A stretch of DNA of 23,644 nucleotides from Chlamydiia bacterium. GTDB lineage: Bacteria > Chlamydiota > Chlamydiia > Chlamydiales > JBMOFD01. The stretch covers positions 1-23,644 of the forward strand of contig JBMOFD010000026.1 in assembly GCA_049314435.1 (NCBI GenBank), read 5' to 3'. This document shows, one piece after another, positions 7,352-16,582 of this stretch (its first letter is position 1; each line of letters opens with the position of its first letter). Below the pieces are notes generated by a model, which searched no databases, had not been told where the DNA came from, and was given only the letters and a program-made list of their open reading frames with translations. Both the position numbers and the translations under genes were made by a program.

Positions 7352-8645
7352 GTCCCTGCCTCACGCAGTCCTCTACAGAAACACCTCCCCAACTCGCTCC
7401 TAAGAAGAGACATGGTGGCAGCCCCACCAGCTCCTTTTGAAACTGAGCGCACGACGCTAGGAACCCCACCTCGTACTGCGGCACCGCCTGTGGACATGCG
7501 GTCACCCGCTGATCATCGGGCAGAGGCATGCGCGTATGACGGCAGAAGAGATCCACTGGAGAGGAGTCTGAGTCCTCTTGGAACAACGTGACATGGGTGC
7601 CCTGTTCCCATGTCTGAGGGAAGATCTGCGACTCAAAGACACTGCCCAAGAGACCTTGTTCAGTGGGTCCCATCACCAGATAGCCAAATCCGGGAGGCAG
7701 CGGTAAACGACGCCTCCAATAGAGATGATGGAGCGTCAAAGACTTCGCCTGTGTGGAAGGCAGTGCTGTGCTCCATGGCGCTCGGATCTGCTGCAGAGCG
7801 TGAGTCGGCAGAGCACTGATCAGCCGATCGGCCAGGAATGTGCGCCGATCGCTCCTTACCCACCAGCGACCGGAGACGGGACGGATTTCGAGGACGCGCT
7901 CTTCTAGTCCGAGCTGTGTTCCACCAGCGGTCAGCTGCTTGGCAACCACTTGAACGAGCTGCTGGCAGCCTCCATCGAGACGCCATAGACCCTTTTGTGG
8001 CAGGGCTGCAGGTGGTGTCCATCGGGAAGATCTCTTCCCGATGGAGAGAACCGAGCCATATCTACGTTCGCGATGCACCCACTGGGGCAAACAGGCCGCT
8101 GCCTCTAGATCATCGGTAGCTCCCGCCCAGATCCCTCGTACAACCGCTGCACAGATCTGAGCCACATGAGGTCCCCATCGTGCGGTCACAAAGGAAGCGA
8201 TCGACTCGGTGGTGGGAGGCGTTCTACGCACCCAAGGTTCTCGAAGGAGCTCCCGCAAAGCTCCCCTCAGCAGAGGCACGGTCAGCAAAGTCTTCAGAGT
8301 GGGAGGGATGCGCACCAGTCTCTGTCCATCCCAGAGATAACGAACATGAGCGGATGGATCTGCTTTCTGCACCTGATAGCCAAGGCCTAGAGTCTGCAAC
8401 CAGTGAAGCAGCAGTGGCGTCCGGCTCGCGCTGAAGGTACGGGGACCCAACTCTAGGCCTCGTCCATGCCACACCGTGGAGCGCAGCCAGCCGCCTAATT
8501 GAGGCTGAGCCTCGAGGAGAACGACCTCTTCACCGAGCTGCTGACGAGTCCAAGCAGCGGCTAGGCCACTCACTCCCCCACCCAGGATGAGCGTCTCTAC
8601 CCGCACTGGAGCTGTGCTGAGGCAAAGCGAGTTCTCCTCCATCAC
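7281..8645 (-). CDS. hemY: Protoporphyrinogen oxidase (HemY type; annotated hemG in Chlamydia)
   Basis: FAD-binding ILGGGVSGLAAA, LLEA..QLGGWLRS, LELGPRTF, GFGYLV, AVPQYEVG and GVSVEDCV. Start overlaps the hemN stop. Confidence 0.9.
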   Translation of the reverse strand: MMEENSLCLSTAPVRVETLILGGGVSGLAAAWTRQQLGEEVVLLEAQPQLGGWLRSTVWHGRGLELGPRTFSASRTPLLLHWLQTLGLGYQVQKADPSAHVRYLWDGQRLVRIPPTLKTLLTVPLLRGALRELLREPWVRRTPPTTESIASFVTARWGPHVAQICAAVVRGIWAGATDDLEAAACLPQWVHRERRYGSVLSIGKRSSRWTPPAALPQKGLWRLDGGCQQLVQVVAKQLTAGGTQLGLEERVLEIRPVSGRWWVRSDRRTFLADRLISALPTHALQQIRAPWSTALPSTQAKSLTLHHLYWRRRLPLPPGFGYLVMGPTEQGLLGSVFESQIFPQTWEQGTHVTLFQEDSDSSPVDLFCRHTRMPLPDDQRVTACPQAVPQYEVGFLASCAQFQKELVGLPPCLFLGASWGGVSVEDCVRQGLIQSREWDGCAPRVFVPPCSSSA

Positions 8646-10021
8646 AATCCCCTGGAGAAGATCCCAGCGCCCTCTTGCGACATCACATCAAAGAGCCGCG
8701 CGATATGGCGCACCACAAAGCGCCCTCTCTCGGTCACGCGGACCTGAGACCCAAAGCGCTCTACCCACCCATCTGCACTCCAGCTCTCCAGAGCTTCTAG
8801 CTCGGAACCAAAGCGCTCTTGCCAATCATCTGGAGCAAAGTGCGCTAGATCGACCGCAAAGCGACACATGATCGCTTCGATGAGTTGGCTGCGCATCTGA
8901 TCCTCTGCGCTCTTTCGATGCCCTCGGACATAGCGCAGAGTCCCCTCTTCGAGGTTCTTCTGATAGCCCTCTAACTCCTTGCTGTTCTGGACATACCAGG
9001 AGCCCAGTTGGCCAATCGCGCTCATGCCCAGAGGAATGAGATGGTCGGAATAGCGGATCGAATAGCCCTGGAAATTACGAATCAGCGTCCCCTCGTGGAA
9101 GGCCTTCACGAGCTCATCCTCTGGTAGCGCAAAGTGGTCCATGCCGATGGAGACATACCCAGCCTGGAGCAGGATCTGACGGGCTGCGCGGTACAACTGC
9201 AGCTTCTCTTTGCCCATCGGCATGGCGTGTTCAGGAAGAGCCTTTTGATGAGCCTTCACCCACGGCACATGGGCATAGCTGAAGAGGGCAATCCGAGAGG
9301 GTCTAGCCCCCGCCACATCACGAGCCGTCTGAGAGAAGCTCTCGACCGTCTGGTAGGGAAGCCCATAGATCAGATCCACGTTGATCTGGTCTAGACCCAA
9401 GCTACGTGAGAGCTCCAGGGTCCTCAGTGAACAGGCCCAGCTCTGCCGACGTCGGATCACCTCCTGCACCCGCTCATTGCTATCCTGCACGCCGAAGCTC
9501 ACTCGATTGAACCCGAGATCACGCAGGTGACGCAGCTTAGCCGCCCCCTCCTCCTCGATGGTGCGAGGGTCAATCTCGATCGCCTGCTCCTGCATCGCCG
9601 ACCAATCAAAGTGACTCTGCAGTCCGCGGATCAGACGCTCCATCTGATCGAGCGACAGCGAGGTCGGCGTGCCTCCTCCCAGGTGGATCTGACTCAGGCG
9701 TGGTCGAAAGCCAAAGCTCTGCACATAGAGCTCCGCCTCGCGCAATACTCGATCGACATAGGTCTCGGCACGATCCTCTCTTCGGTTGAGGACGACACTG
9801 CATCCACAGAAGAGACACATCGAGCGGCAGAATGGGATATGGAGGTAGCAGGCAAAAGGTGCCTTGCTATAGGTCTCGAGCTCGTTTCGAAAGGGCTCCA
9901 TGACCTCGTCGATGGAGGGCGTGGCCTGCCAGGAAGGCGCAGGTGGATAGCTGGTATAACGTGGGACAGGCAGATCGAGTGCGGCGAGCGCCTCTAAGTC
10001 TCCCTCGCTTAGCCATTCCAT
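8642..10021 (-). CDS. hemN: Oxygen-independent coproporphyrinogen III oxidase (radical SAM)
   Basis: PRYTSYP, YLHIPFCRSMCLFCGC (CxxxCxxC), GGGTPT, IGMDHF and RNFQGYS. Start chosen at MEWLS (10021) after GAGAGGG. Confidence 0.95.
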   Translation of the reverse strand: MEWLSEGDLEALAALDLPVPRYTSYPPAPSWQATPSIDEVMEPFRNELETYSKAPFACYLHIPFCRSMCLFCGCSVVLNRREDRAETYVDRVLREAELYVQSFGFRPRLSQIHLGGGTPTSLSLDQMERLIRGLQSHFDWSAMQEQAIEIDPRTIEEEGAAKLRHLRDLGFNRVSFGVQDSNERVQEVIRRRQSWACSLRTLELSRSLGLDQINVDLIYGLPYQTVESFSQTARDVAGARPSRIALFSYAHVPWVKAHQKALPEHAMPMGKEKLQLYRAARQILLQAGYVSIGMDHFALPEDELVKAFHEGTLIRNFQGYSIRYSDHLIPLGMSAIGQLGSWYVQNSKELEGYQKNLEEGTLRYVRGHRKSAEDQMRSQLIEAIMCRFAVDLAHFAPDDWQERFGSELEALESWSADGWVERFGSQVRVTERGRFVVRHIARLFDVMSQEGAGIFSRGL

Positions 10022-11028
10022 CGTCCCTCTCTCACACGATGACAAAGCCTCTGCAACGACTCCACCGGTGTGTCTGGAAGGACTCCATGACCCAAATTGA
10101 GGATCATGCCTCCACGGGTCTTGGCCCACTCCTCGATCTCTCTGATCTGCGTTTCACAAGCTCTGGGATCGATGGCTACCATGGCTGGATCGAGATTGCC
10201 CTGCAGAACATGGCGACTGTGATGAGCCCACCAGGAAAGAGAATCAGCCCAGTCGATGGAGAGAGCACATGGGAGTTTGAGGAGGGACTGTCGATGCTGA
10301 GCACTACCACGACCCAGCCAGATCACGGGCACCCCTAACGTCATCAGCTCCTGTACCAGCTGACGATGGATGGGCTCAACGGATGCGGATGCCAGATCGG
10401 GTCCGATCTGAGGAGCGCAGGAGTCAAACACCTGAAAGGCTGAAGCCCCCGCTGTAACCTGAGCTCGGGCTGTGGCCACAATCAGCTGACTTAGACGTTC
10501 TAGGAGCTGCTTCGATAGAAGCGGCTCCTCAAGCAGGAGCCGCTTGGCGGCGATCCCATCACGACCCGCCCCCAGCAGATAGCAGAAGAGCGTCCATGGA
10601 GAACCCGCAAATCCAATGACTGGGAGAGCACTCTCTTGCATCACTCCCCGCACCACCGCCTGCGTGATGGCAAAAGACTCGTCGCTGATGGGCTGTGCCA
10701 GGAGATCTTCCAGTCGAGTCCAGCGCACTTGAGGGGCTTGCCCCTCAGGGAACTGGACCTGAGCACCCAAAGCCTCTAGGGGAAGAAGGATGTCGGAGAA
10801 GAGCACCAGGGCATCCACTGCCAGCTCCTTCTCCGGGAGCTGGGTGATCGCCACAGCTCGGTCCACCGTGCGAAAGCACTCATCCAGAGAATGTGTCTGA
10901 CGAATCTGCCGATAGGCTGGCAGGCAGCGCCCTGCCTGCCTCATGAACCATATGGGCGGACGCTCCGTAGTAGATCCCTCGAGCGCTTTGAGAAAGAGAG
11001 AAGAGGAGACGCTCGTGGAGACCACCAT
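10009..11028 (-). CDS. hemE: Uroporphyrinogen decarboxylase
   Basis: PIWFMRQAGR, LFSDIL, IGFAGSPWTL, QVFDS, LQGNLDP and NLGHGVLP. Confidence 0.96.
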   Translation of the reverse strand: MVVSTSVSSSLFLKALEGSTTERPPIWFMRQAGRCLPAYRQIRQTHSLDECFRTVDRAVAITQLPEKELAVDALVLFSDILLPLEALGAQVQFPEGQAPQVRWTRLEDLLAQPISDESFAITQAVVRGVMQESALPVIGFAGSPWTLFCYLLGAGRDGIAAKRLLLEEPLLSKQLLERLSQLIVATARAQVTAGASAFQVFDSCAPQIGPDLASASVEPIHRQLVQELMTLGVPVIWLGRGSAQHRQSLLKLPCALSIDWADSLSWWAHHSRHVLQGNLDPAMVAIDPRACETQIREIEEWAKTRGGMILNLGHGVLPDTPVESLQRLCHRVREGRWNG

Positions 11029-13019
11029 CAGAGAAGCCTTTCGAGGATCGCATCCACGGTGAATCCAAATTCATGCGCCAGGACTTCTGCCGGAGCCGAG
11101 GCTCCAAAGGACTCCATACCGATGGCCAAACCATCCCGTCCGATGTAACGCTCCCAGCCTAGCTCAGAGCCAGCCTCGATCGACACACGCTGCCCGAGGT
11201 TGCCACCGATGATCCGTTCCCGGTACTCCTTCGGCTGCCGATTAAAGAGCTCCCAGCAGGGCATCGAGACCACACGCACGGCCTTGCCACGGCGCTCCAA
11301 TTCCCGCGCCACATCCACTGCTAGATGCAGCTCAGAGCCTGTGGCAAAGAGCGTGAAGTCGAGCTCCTTGTCTTTAGCATCGAGGAGGATGTAGGCCCCG
11401 CGTCCCACGCCATCCGCAAAGGAGCGGTCACAGGCTGGGAGTGTGGGCAGATTCTGACGTGTGAGGATGATCGCAGTCGGTCCCTCATAGGCCAATGCTG
11501 CTAGCCAAGCCCCTACAACCTCATGGGCATCACCTGGGCGGATCACCTGCAGGTTGGGCATAGCACGTAGCGAGGCCAGCTGTTCAATGGCCTGGTGAGT
11601 CGGACCATCCTCTCCCAAGAAGATCGAATCGTGGGTGAACTGGTAGATCACATGATCGTGCGAAAGGGCAGCCAGACGGATCGCATTGCGCATGTAGTCG
11701 CTGAAGGTCAGGAAGGTACCGCAATAGGGCAGGAATCCTCCGTTCAGCGTGAGCCCATTGCAGATGGTCGCCATACCAAACTCGCGGACCCCAAACTTGA
11801 TGTTACGCCCATCAAACTGACCAGGAGCGATCACCCCATATTTCTTCAGGAAGGTGCGGTCTGATCCAGAGAGGTCAGCCGAGCCACCAATGAGCTGGGG
11901 CAGCTGATCCGCTAGCGTCTGCAGAACCGTACCGGACATCGCTCGGCCAGCCACGCTGTCAGGCAGAGGGATCGCTCGGAGGGTCTGTTCTAGATTAGAC
12001 GGGATCCTTCCCTCCAACATGTTCTTGAGCTGCGTTGCCTTCTCCGGCTCGCGATTCTCCCAAGCCTGTAGACGACGATTCCATGCCGTCTCAAGGCCCT
12101 CTCCCTCTAGAAGACGTTCCCTAAAGAATTTCTCCACCGAAGGAGGCACAAAGAACTCCTCTACCGGGATGCCGAGAGCCCGCTTTGTTTCTAGAGTCTC
12201 CTCAGGACCAAAGGGCGCTCCATGTGCCTCATGCGAGCCCTCCTTATGGGGACTTCCCTTCCCGATCACCGTGTCGCAGATGATCATGATGGGGCGCATC
12301 TGCTGGGTACGCGCCTTCGAGATGATCGCATCCAATGCATCCAGATCATATCCAGAGATATGGAAGACGTCCCAACCGTACGCTTCAAAGCGCAGCTTGG
12401 CATCATCACTCAGACTGTCCGCGGTAGGACCATCGAGGGAGATGCCATTGTTGTCATAGAGGCAGATCACGTTGTCGAGCTTCAGATGGCCTGCAAAAGA
12501 GCAGACCTCATGGCTCACACCCTCCATGAGATCTCCATCACTGCAGAGGCAGAAGACCTTATAGTCAAAGAGCGAGTCCTGAGCGGTATTGAAACGAGCC
12601 GCCAGGCACTTCCCAGCTAGGGCCATGCCGATCGCATTGCCCATCCCCTGACCCAGAGGACCGGTCGTCGCTTCGACCCCAGGAGTCACGTGGACCTCAG
12701 GATGGCCAGGAGTCCGACTATGCAGTTGTCGGAACTGCTTCAGGTCCTCAATCGTGAGGCCATACCCAGAGAGAAAGAGGCAGCTGTAGAGCAGCATCGA
12801 TCCATGACCGGCCGAGAGGACAAAGCGGTCTCGATTCATCCAGGATGGATTATGGGGGTTATATCTCAGGGCTACGCCATAGAGGTAGGACCCAATGTCG
12901 GCGCAGCCTAGGGGCAATCCAGGGTGCCCGCTGTTAGCGCGCTGGATTGCATCCAAACTCAGTCCGCGAATGGTATTGCCGATCTTGAGCAGTTCACTCT
13001 TCAGTTCGTCTGACAGCAT
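11028..13019 (-). CDS. tkt: Transketolase
   Basis: SGHPG, RDRFVLSAGHGS, TTGPLGQG, DGDLMEG (TPP binding), GVREFGM and THDSIFLGEDGPTHQ. TGATG overlap with hemE. Confidence 0.98.
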   Translation of the reverse strand: MLSDELKSELLKIGNTIRGLSLDAIQRANSGHPGLPLGCADIGSYLYGVALRYNPHNPSWMNRDRFVLSAGHGSMLLYSCLFLSGYGLTIEDLKQFRQLHSRTPGHPEVHVTPGVEATTGPLGQGMGNAIGMALAGKCLAARFNTAQDSLFDYKVFCLCSDGDLMEGVSHEVCSFAGHLKLDNVICLYDNNGISLDGPTADSLSDDAKLRFEAYGWDVFHISGYDLDALDAIISKARTQQMRPIMIICDTVIGKGSPHKEGSHEAHGAPFGPEETLETKRALGIPVEEFFVPPSVEKFFRERLLEGEGLETAWNRRLQAWENREPEKATQLKNMLEGRIPSNLEQTLRAIPLPDSVAGRAMSGTVLQTLADQLPQLIGGSADLSGSDRTFLKKYGVIAPGQFDGRNIKFGVREFGMATICNGLTLNGGFLPYCGTFLTFSDYMRNAIRLAALSHDHVIYQFTHDSIFLGEDGPTHQAIEQLASLRAMPNLQVIRPGDAHEVVGAWLAALAYEGPTAIILTRQNLPTLPACDRSFADGVGRGAYILLDAKDKELDFTLFATGSELHLAVDVARELERRGKAVRVVSMPCWELFNRQPKEYRERIIGGNLGQRVSIEAGSELGWERYIGRDGLAIGMESFGASAPAEVLAHEFGFTVDAILERLL

Positions 13020-13150
13020 CTCTCTTCCTCAGAAAGGCCCCAGACTAAAGAGGGTGGAGAATCCATGCAATGAGCTCAACGCCAGCGGAGCTGGCATCGT
13101 GCAGGCATCGCGATGCCATGGCTAGTAGCTGCTGGCTAAAAAAGGAGGGA

Positions 13151-13224
13151 AATCGATGTAGAATCCAGATTAGCAAAGGCTTAGCATCGACAAATGATCC
13201 CAACAAAGCCGGATTTGTCGAGTA
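13151..13224. repeat. 74-bp direct repeat, copy 1 (upstream of tkt)
   Basis: Ungapped 62/74 identity with 15652-15725. Confidence 0.9.
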
Positions 13225-13252
13225 TGCGCGCACTGCTTTAGTCGAGAGTGGT

Positions 13253-15598
13253 TCACCGCAAGAAGGCCAGAAGAGGCCATAAATCTGGCTGAGCTACGAG
13301 TTGCGCAAAACGCTGTGGATCCAAAACGAGGTCAAGCTGAGCTTGATTTTGGATAGAACAGAGGTAGCCATGCCAGACATCTCGCTGTCTCGGTTGCTGA
13401 AGGTGAGCCTGGACATGGGGGCAGGCAAAGATCTGTCTATCAAACTGAAATTCTTTTTTCTTCTCAGGCCGAACCGTGGCCATCCATTGCCACAGACTGG
13501 AGCGGACGGCCCACTGATCGAACATCCCAGGAATATGCAGAGCGCGTGCCTGCAGGGCGGTCAGATGAGCCATGCTCCGCCATGCATCGGACTGATTCAT
13601 GACATCCAACATAATCGACGGTTGGGGCCCATCTGCGCGGTTTAGGACAGGTCCGGCAGACCTATGGGCACCACGTGGTAACGTGGCGATCTGGTCCAAC
13701 ATCCCGGGCGCTGTCAGCGCCGTGTGAAAAAGTTTGTGGTTGGAACCACGCATTTCACCGAAGGGAGGCCGTTCGATCTGATCATTCAACAGCATCGGAA
13801 TGAATCCGGGCACAGCAACAATCATGCCCATTAGGGACAGATCCATAGGTGGGCGGGCGGAACCTGACGTCCTGGCCTGACAGCATTCAGCCAGCAAACC
13901 CCATGCTCGCGGTTCCTGCAAGCATGCCACCAGTAACTCTGGTTGGTAGACCAACAACTCGACGAAGTCGGGCTGCATGTGCTCCTCGAAGTAGGTCCAG
14001 TGATCGGGATGCTCGATCAAGGCAACGGCTACCGGAGGATTTTTGAGGGCTAGAGCCATCCAGTGGGGCCTGTCCTCTAGCGGTGTTATAGGGTCGGGCC
14101 GCGTGCTGGCTAACAATCGCTCCAACGACAACAACGCTGACACCGGCTGTGACAATCCACTGACCATCAGAGCTTCGAGCAGTTCTGCGGTCAAGACATC
14201 ATCGACGAGAGTGCGTTGCGTGTCAGGATATGCTTCCAGATGCTGCTCGATCATCCTCCACATGGGAGTCCACGTATCTCGCATCAGCTTCTGCCACTCC
14301 TCCGAGTTCGCAAACCAAGCACGCAACAGATCGGTCTTCCCTTTATGGGACTCCTTCAATAGCTCGATCAACCGGCCGCAGTTCATGCGCTGAAATCCGT
14401 GTAGCATATCCCCCACACACAGGCTTACCAACCGCATCTTGAGATAGTCCTTGCCTCTCTGACTGATCTCATCACGAAACCAATCCCGTGACAAAAGAGC
14501 CTTGAGGATAAAGTACGTGCCGTATTCGGGAAACGTGAGATCCTCCTGTCCGATACAGGCAAGCAGCGAGTCTGGATACGCTAAGAGGACTGGGGCCAGG
14601 GATAGAGCCATGTTGGACGAACTTAGCTTCCAGAACTGCCTCATCCACCGCTCTGGCTGCGGTGGCATGCACGTGACAAGAAGATCTCCGGGGATATCGG
14701 AAGCCCGGAGATCTTCAACGGGCTTCTGAGGCACCCTAGGACAGAGCTGTGAGACAATGTTGAGTAGAGAGTTAGCGAGGTGCGAGAGAGGGAAGCAGAT
14801 TTGGTCCTTTTCGACTGATTCGGCTGAGACGATGCTTGCGATTTCATCCTCTAAACAAGATGCCGTTCGCACAGCAACAGCCACCCGATCGCGAGGTTCT
14901 ACTCCCCCTCTCGTCATGGAGGCTGTGATATAGTCCTCGCGGCACCGCGACAGGGCCCCCCACACGGTTTGACCGGGCAGACCCTTCCACATTGTTTGAC
15001 CCAGGTCAGACGGATATCCCCTATATGCCGGCTTCCGCAAGAACGGACAGCCGAAGTAGAGATGCGCTAGCCGATGGATGCGCCCGACCAACACCCGAAA
15101 AGGTGTCTCTGTTCTTCTCTCTGCGCGTGGTCGTAGTCCCGGTGCAAGAACCACACAGGCATAGCGCAAGGTGGGATGCGGGTTGTTGCCCGCCCCGACC
15201 TCCTCATCAGGTAGATCCATGCGCGACTCAAAGATCGCTACCAGACAGTGGAGCCACTCCATCATTTTGCCACGCTGCGCAGCGGCATCCAATCGCCCTT
15301 CTGACGTTGGATGCTGCGTATTCTCTGCGGAGACTCGAGCCTGGCAGGGATCTCTCTTGGCGATGGGGCCCTTGCCCGCCCCACGAAAAAGAGCTCGGCC
15401 GATCAGCTGTAGATCCTCCCAACCGAGCATAGGCCCAAGGTGGTTCACCATGATGTGGTTCAGTGTGTTTTCGGTGAGTACTGGCCAGGCGGCGGCGAAT
15501 TCTGCAATTTCGTTGTTCCCGGAAGACGAGCCTCCCTCCCTGCCCTGAGAAGAAGATCGAGTGGAGGTGCTTGGCTGACTGATGCGGATAGGCTGCAC
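13253..15598 (-). CDS. Hypothetical 781-aa protein, paralogue A (candidate T3SS effector)
   Basis: Long ORF with a GTG start after AGGTGA. Shares blocks (IFESRM, HP.LRYAC, HRLAHLYFGCP, LIEHPDHW, PRAW) with the 785- and 786-aa ORFs and is the most divergent copy. Confidence 0.85.
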   Translation of the reverse strand: MQPIRISQPSTSTRSSSQGREGGSSSGNNEIAEFAAAWPVLTENTLNHIMVNHLGPMLGWEDLQLIGRALFRGAGKGPIAKRDPCQARVSAENTQHPTSEGRLDAAAQRGKMMEWLHCLVAIFESRMDLPDEEVGAGNNPHPTLRYACVVLAPGLRPRAERRTETPFRVLVGRIHRLAHLYFGCPFLRKPAYRGYPSDLGQTMWKGLPGQTVWGALSRCREDYITASMTRGGVEPRDRVAVAVRTASCLEDEIASIVSAESVEKDQICFPLSHLANSLLNIVSQLCPRVPQKPVEDLRASDIPGDLLVTCMPPQPERWMRQFWKLSSSNMALSLAPVLLAYPDSLLACIGQEDLTFPEYGTYFILKALLSRDWFRDEISQRGKDYLKMRLVSLCVGDMLHGFQRMNCGRLIELLKESHKGKTDLLRAWFANSEEWQKLMRDTWTPMWRMIEQHLEAYPDTQRTLVDDVLTAELLEALMVSGLSQPVSALLSLERLLASTRPDPITPLEDRPHWMALALKNPPVAVALIEHPDHWTYFEEHMQPDFVELLVYQPELLVACLQEPRAWGLLAECCQARTSGSARPPMDLSLMGMIVAVPGFIPMLLNDQIERPPFGEMRGSNHKLFHTALTAPGMLDQIATLPRGAHRSAGPVLNRADGPQPSIMLDVMNQSDAWRSMAHLTALQARALHIPGMFDQWAVRSSLWQWMATVRPEKKKEFQFDRQIFACPHVQAHLQQPRQRDVWHGYLCSIQNQAQLDLVLDPQRFAQLVAQPDLWPLLAFLR

Positions 15599-15651
15599 GG
15601 CTCACCTTGGATACGGAGGATCAAGGGTTCGTGAGGAGAAAAGGGGATGAA

Positions 15652-15725
15652 AATCGATTTAGAACCCAGAGTAGCAATAGCTTAGCATCGGCAACTGATT
15701 CCAATGAAGCCGGATTTGCCTAGTA
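15652..15725. repeat. 74-bp direct repeat, copy 2 (upstream of paralogue A), with putative extended -10
   Basis: 62/74 identity with 13151-13224. TGCTAAGCT on the minus strand at 15679-15687. Confidence 0.9.
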
Positions 15726-15789
15726 CAAGCGCCCGGTCAACCAGGCTCAGCTCATCCGACGAGACCCAGTTTAGGGAGGCTCGCCACCA

Positions 15790-16119
15790 TTATGTTGCGT
15801 CGGGCGTACTGGCCGGCTTTTTGAGGCAATAGGCGGCCAACACAATGACCGAAGCACCCACTCTTACGAGGCGAGCGCTCCCATGGGCTTTGCCGAGGAG
15901 TGTGATGAGCTTGCCATTCTCTCGTATACATTTGGAATGTATGTCCTCGTAGCCATCAAACAGAAGTTCCATCGCCTTCAGCTCCTGTTTGCTCGCCTCA
16001 TGACCCAGATTGTGCAGTTTGAGGTTCTTGATTCTCGTGGCATAGGTCAGCTCAACCACGCCAGCTCCCACGACCCCAGCCGCCGCGCAACACTCCAATA
16101 CAAACATCCCATCTCCCAC
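15790..16119 (-). CDS. Hypothetical small protein with hydrophobic ends and helical centre
   Basis: 109-aa ORF (alternative ATG 16107) filling an intergenic gap, with an AT-rich tract upstream at 16140-16200. Confidence 0.5.
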   Translation of the reverse strand: MGDGMFVLECCAAAGVVGAGVVELTYATRIKNLKLHNLGHEASKQELKAMELLFDGYEDIHSKCIRENGKLITLLGKAHGSARLVRVGASVIVLAAYCLKKPASTPDAT

Positions 16120-16214
16120 TTAAAGCCTAACCACCGTGAGAAAGAATAAAGATATGCGAATATTATTAACATCTTTTACTGCAAGCGTCTAAATACCTAC
16201 AAAAGACTCACTGA

Positions 16215-16485
16215 TTAGTGTGGATCTTGTTCCAAGACTATAATTAGATCAGACAGAGGAGCGTGTCGCATCTCTCGCAACGTTGGCCACAAGTCTGGCC
16301 TTGCCACCAGCTTGGCAAACAGAATGGGATCTTGAACGAGTTGGAGCTGAGCGCCTCTCTTCACCGATGAGAGGTACTGATACCAGACGTCACGATGACC
16401 CGGATGATTCAGATGGGCCTGTACATGAGGACAGGTAAACAGCGCGGGCGCGGCCTCCAAATCCCCGGCTCCAGAGTCGATCGTA
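16215..16485 (-). pseudogene. 3' remnant of a fourth paralogue / direct repeat of the paralogue B 3' end
   Basis: Aligns with 18397-18667 (offset 2182). 16285-16414 is identical to 18467-18596 (130 bp). Similarity ends abruptly at 16485. Confidence 0.88.
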
Positions 16486-16509
16486 TGACTTCGTACATTA
16501 GGATATTGT

Positions 16510-16538
16510 TTGAAGGTCAATAGGATTCTGCGTATAAC
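16510..16538 (+). promoter_or_regulatory. Putative sigma70-type promoter for the toxin cassette
   Basis: TTGAAG-17 nt-TATAAC, 44 nt upstream of ATG 16583. Confidence 0.5.
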
Positions 16539-16582
16539 GGCCTCTCGGGATCGGCAGCCTGCTGAAATAGAGAGCTCATTGT

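Noticed and set aside
10022..10129. N-terminal extension of hemN
   Set aside because: It overlaps the conserved hemE C-terminus, and the ATG at 10021 has an SD and gives a typical length.
13020..13230. TPP riboswitch upstream of transketolase
   Set aside because: The hallmark CUGAGA and ACCUGA core motifs are not present in the right arrangement.
16486..16520. 101-aa ORF 16215-16520 as an intact gene
   Set aside because: The first ~12 codons are non-homologous and overlap the toxin promoter region, so it is best read as a remnant.
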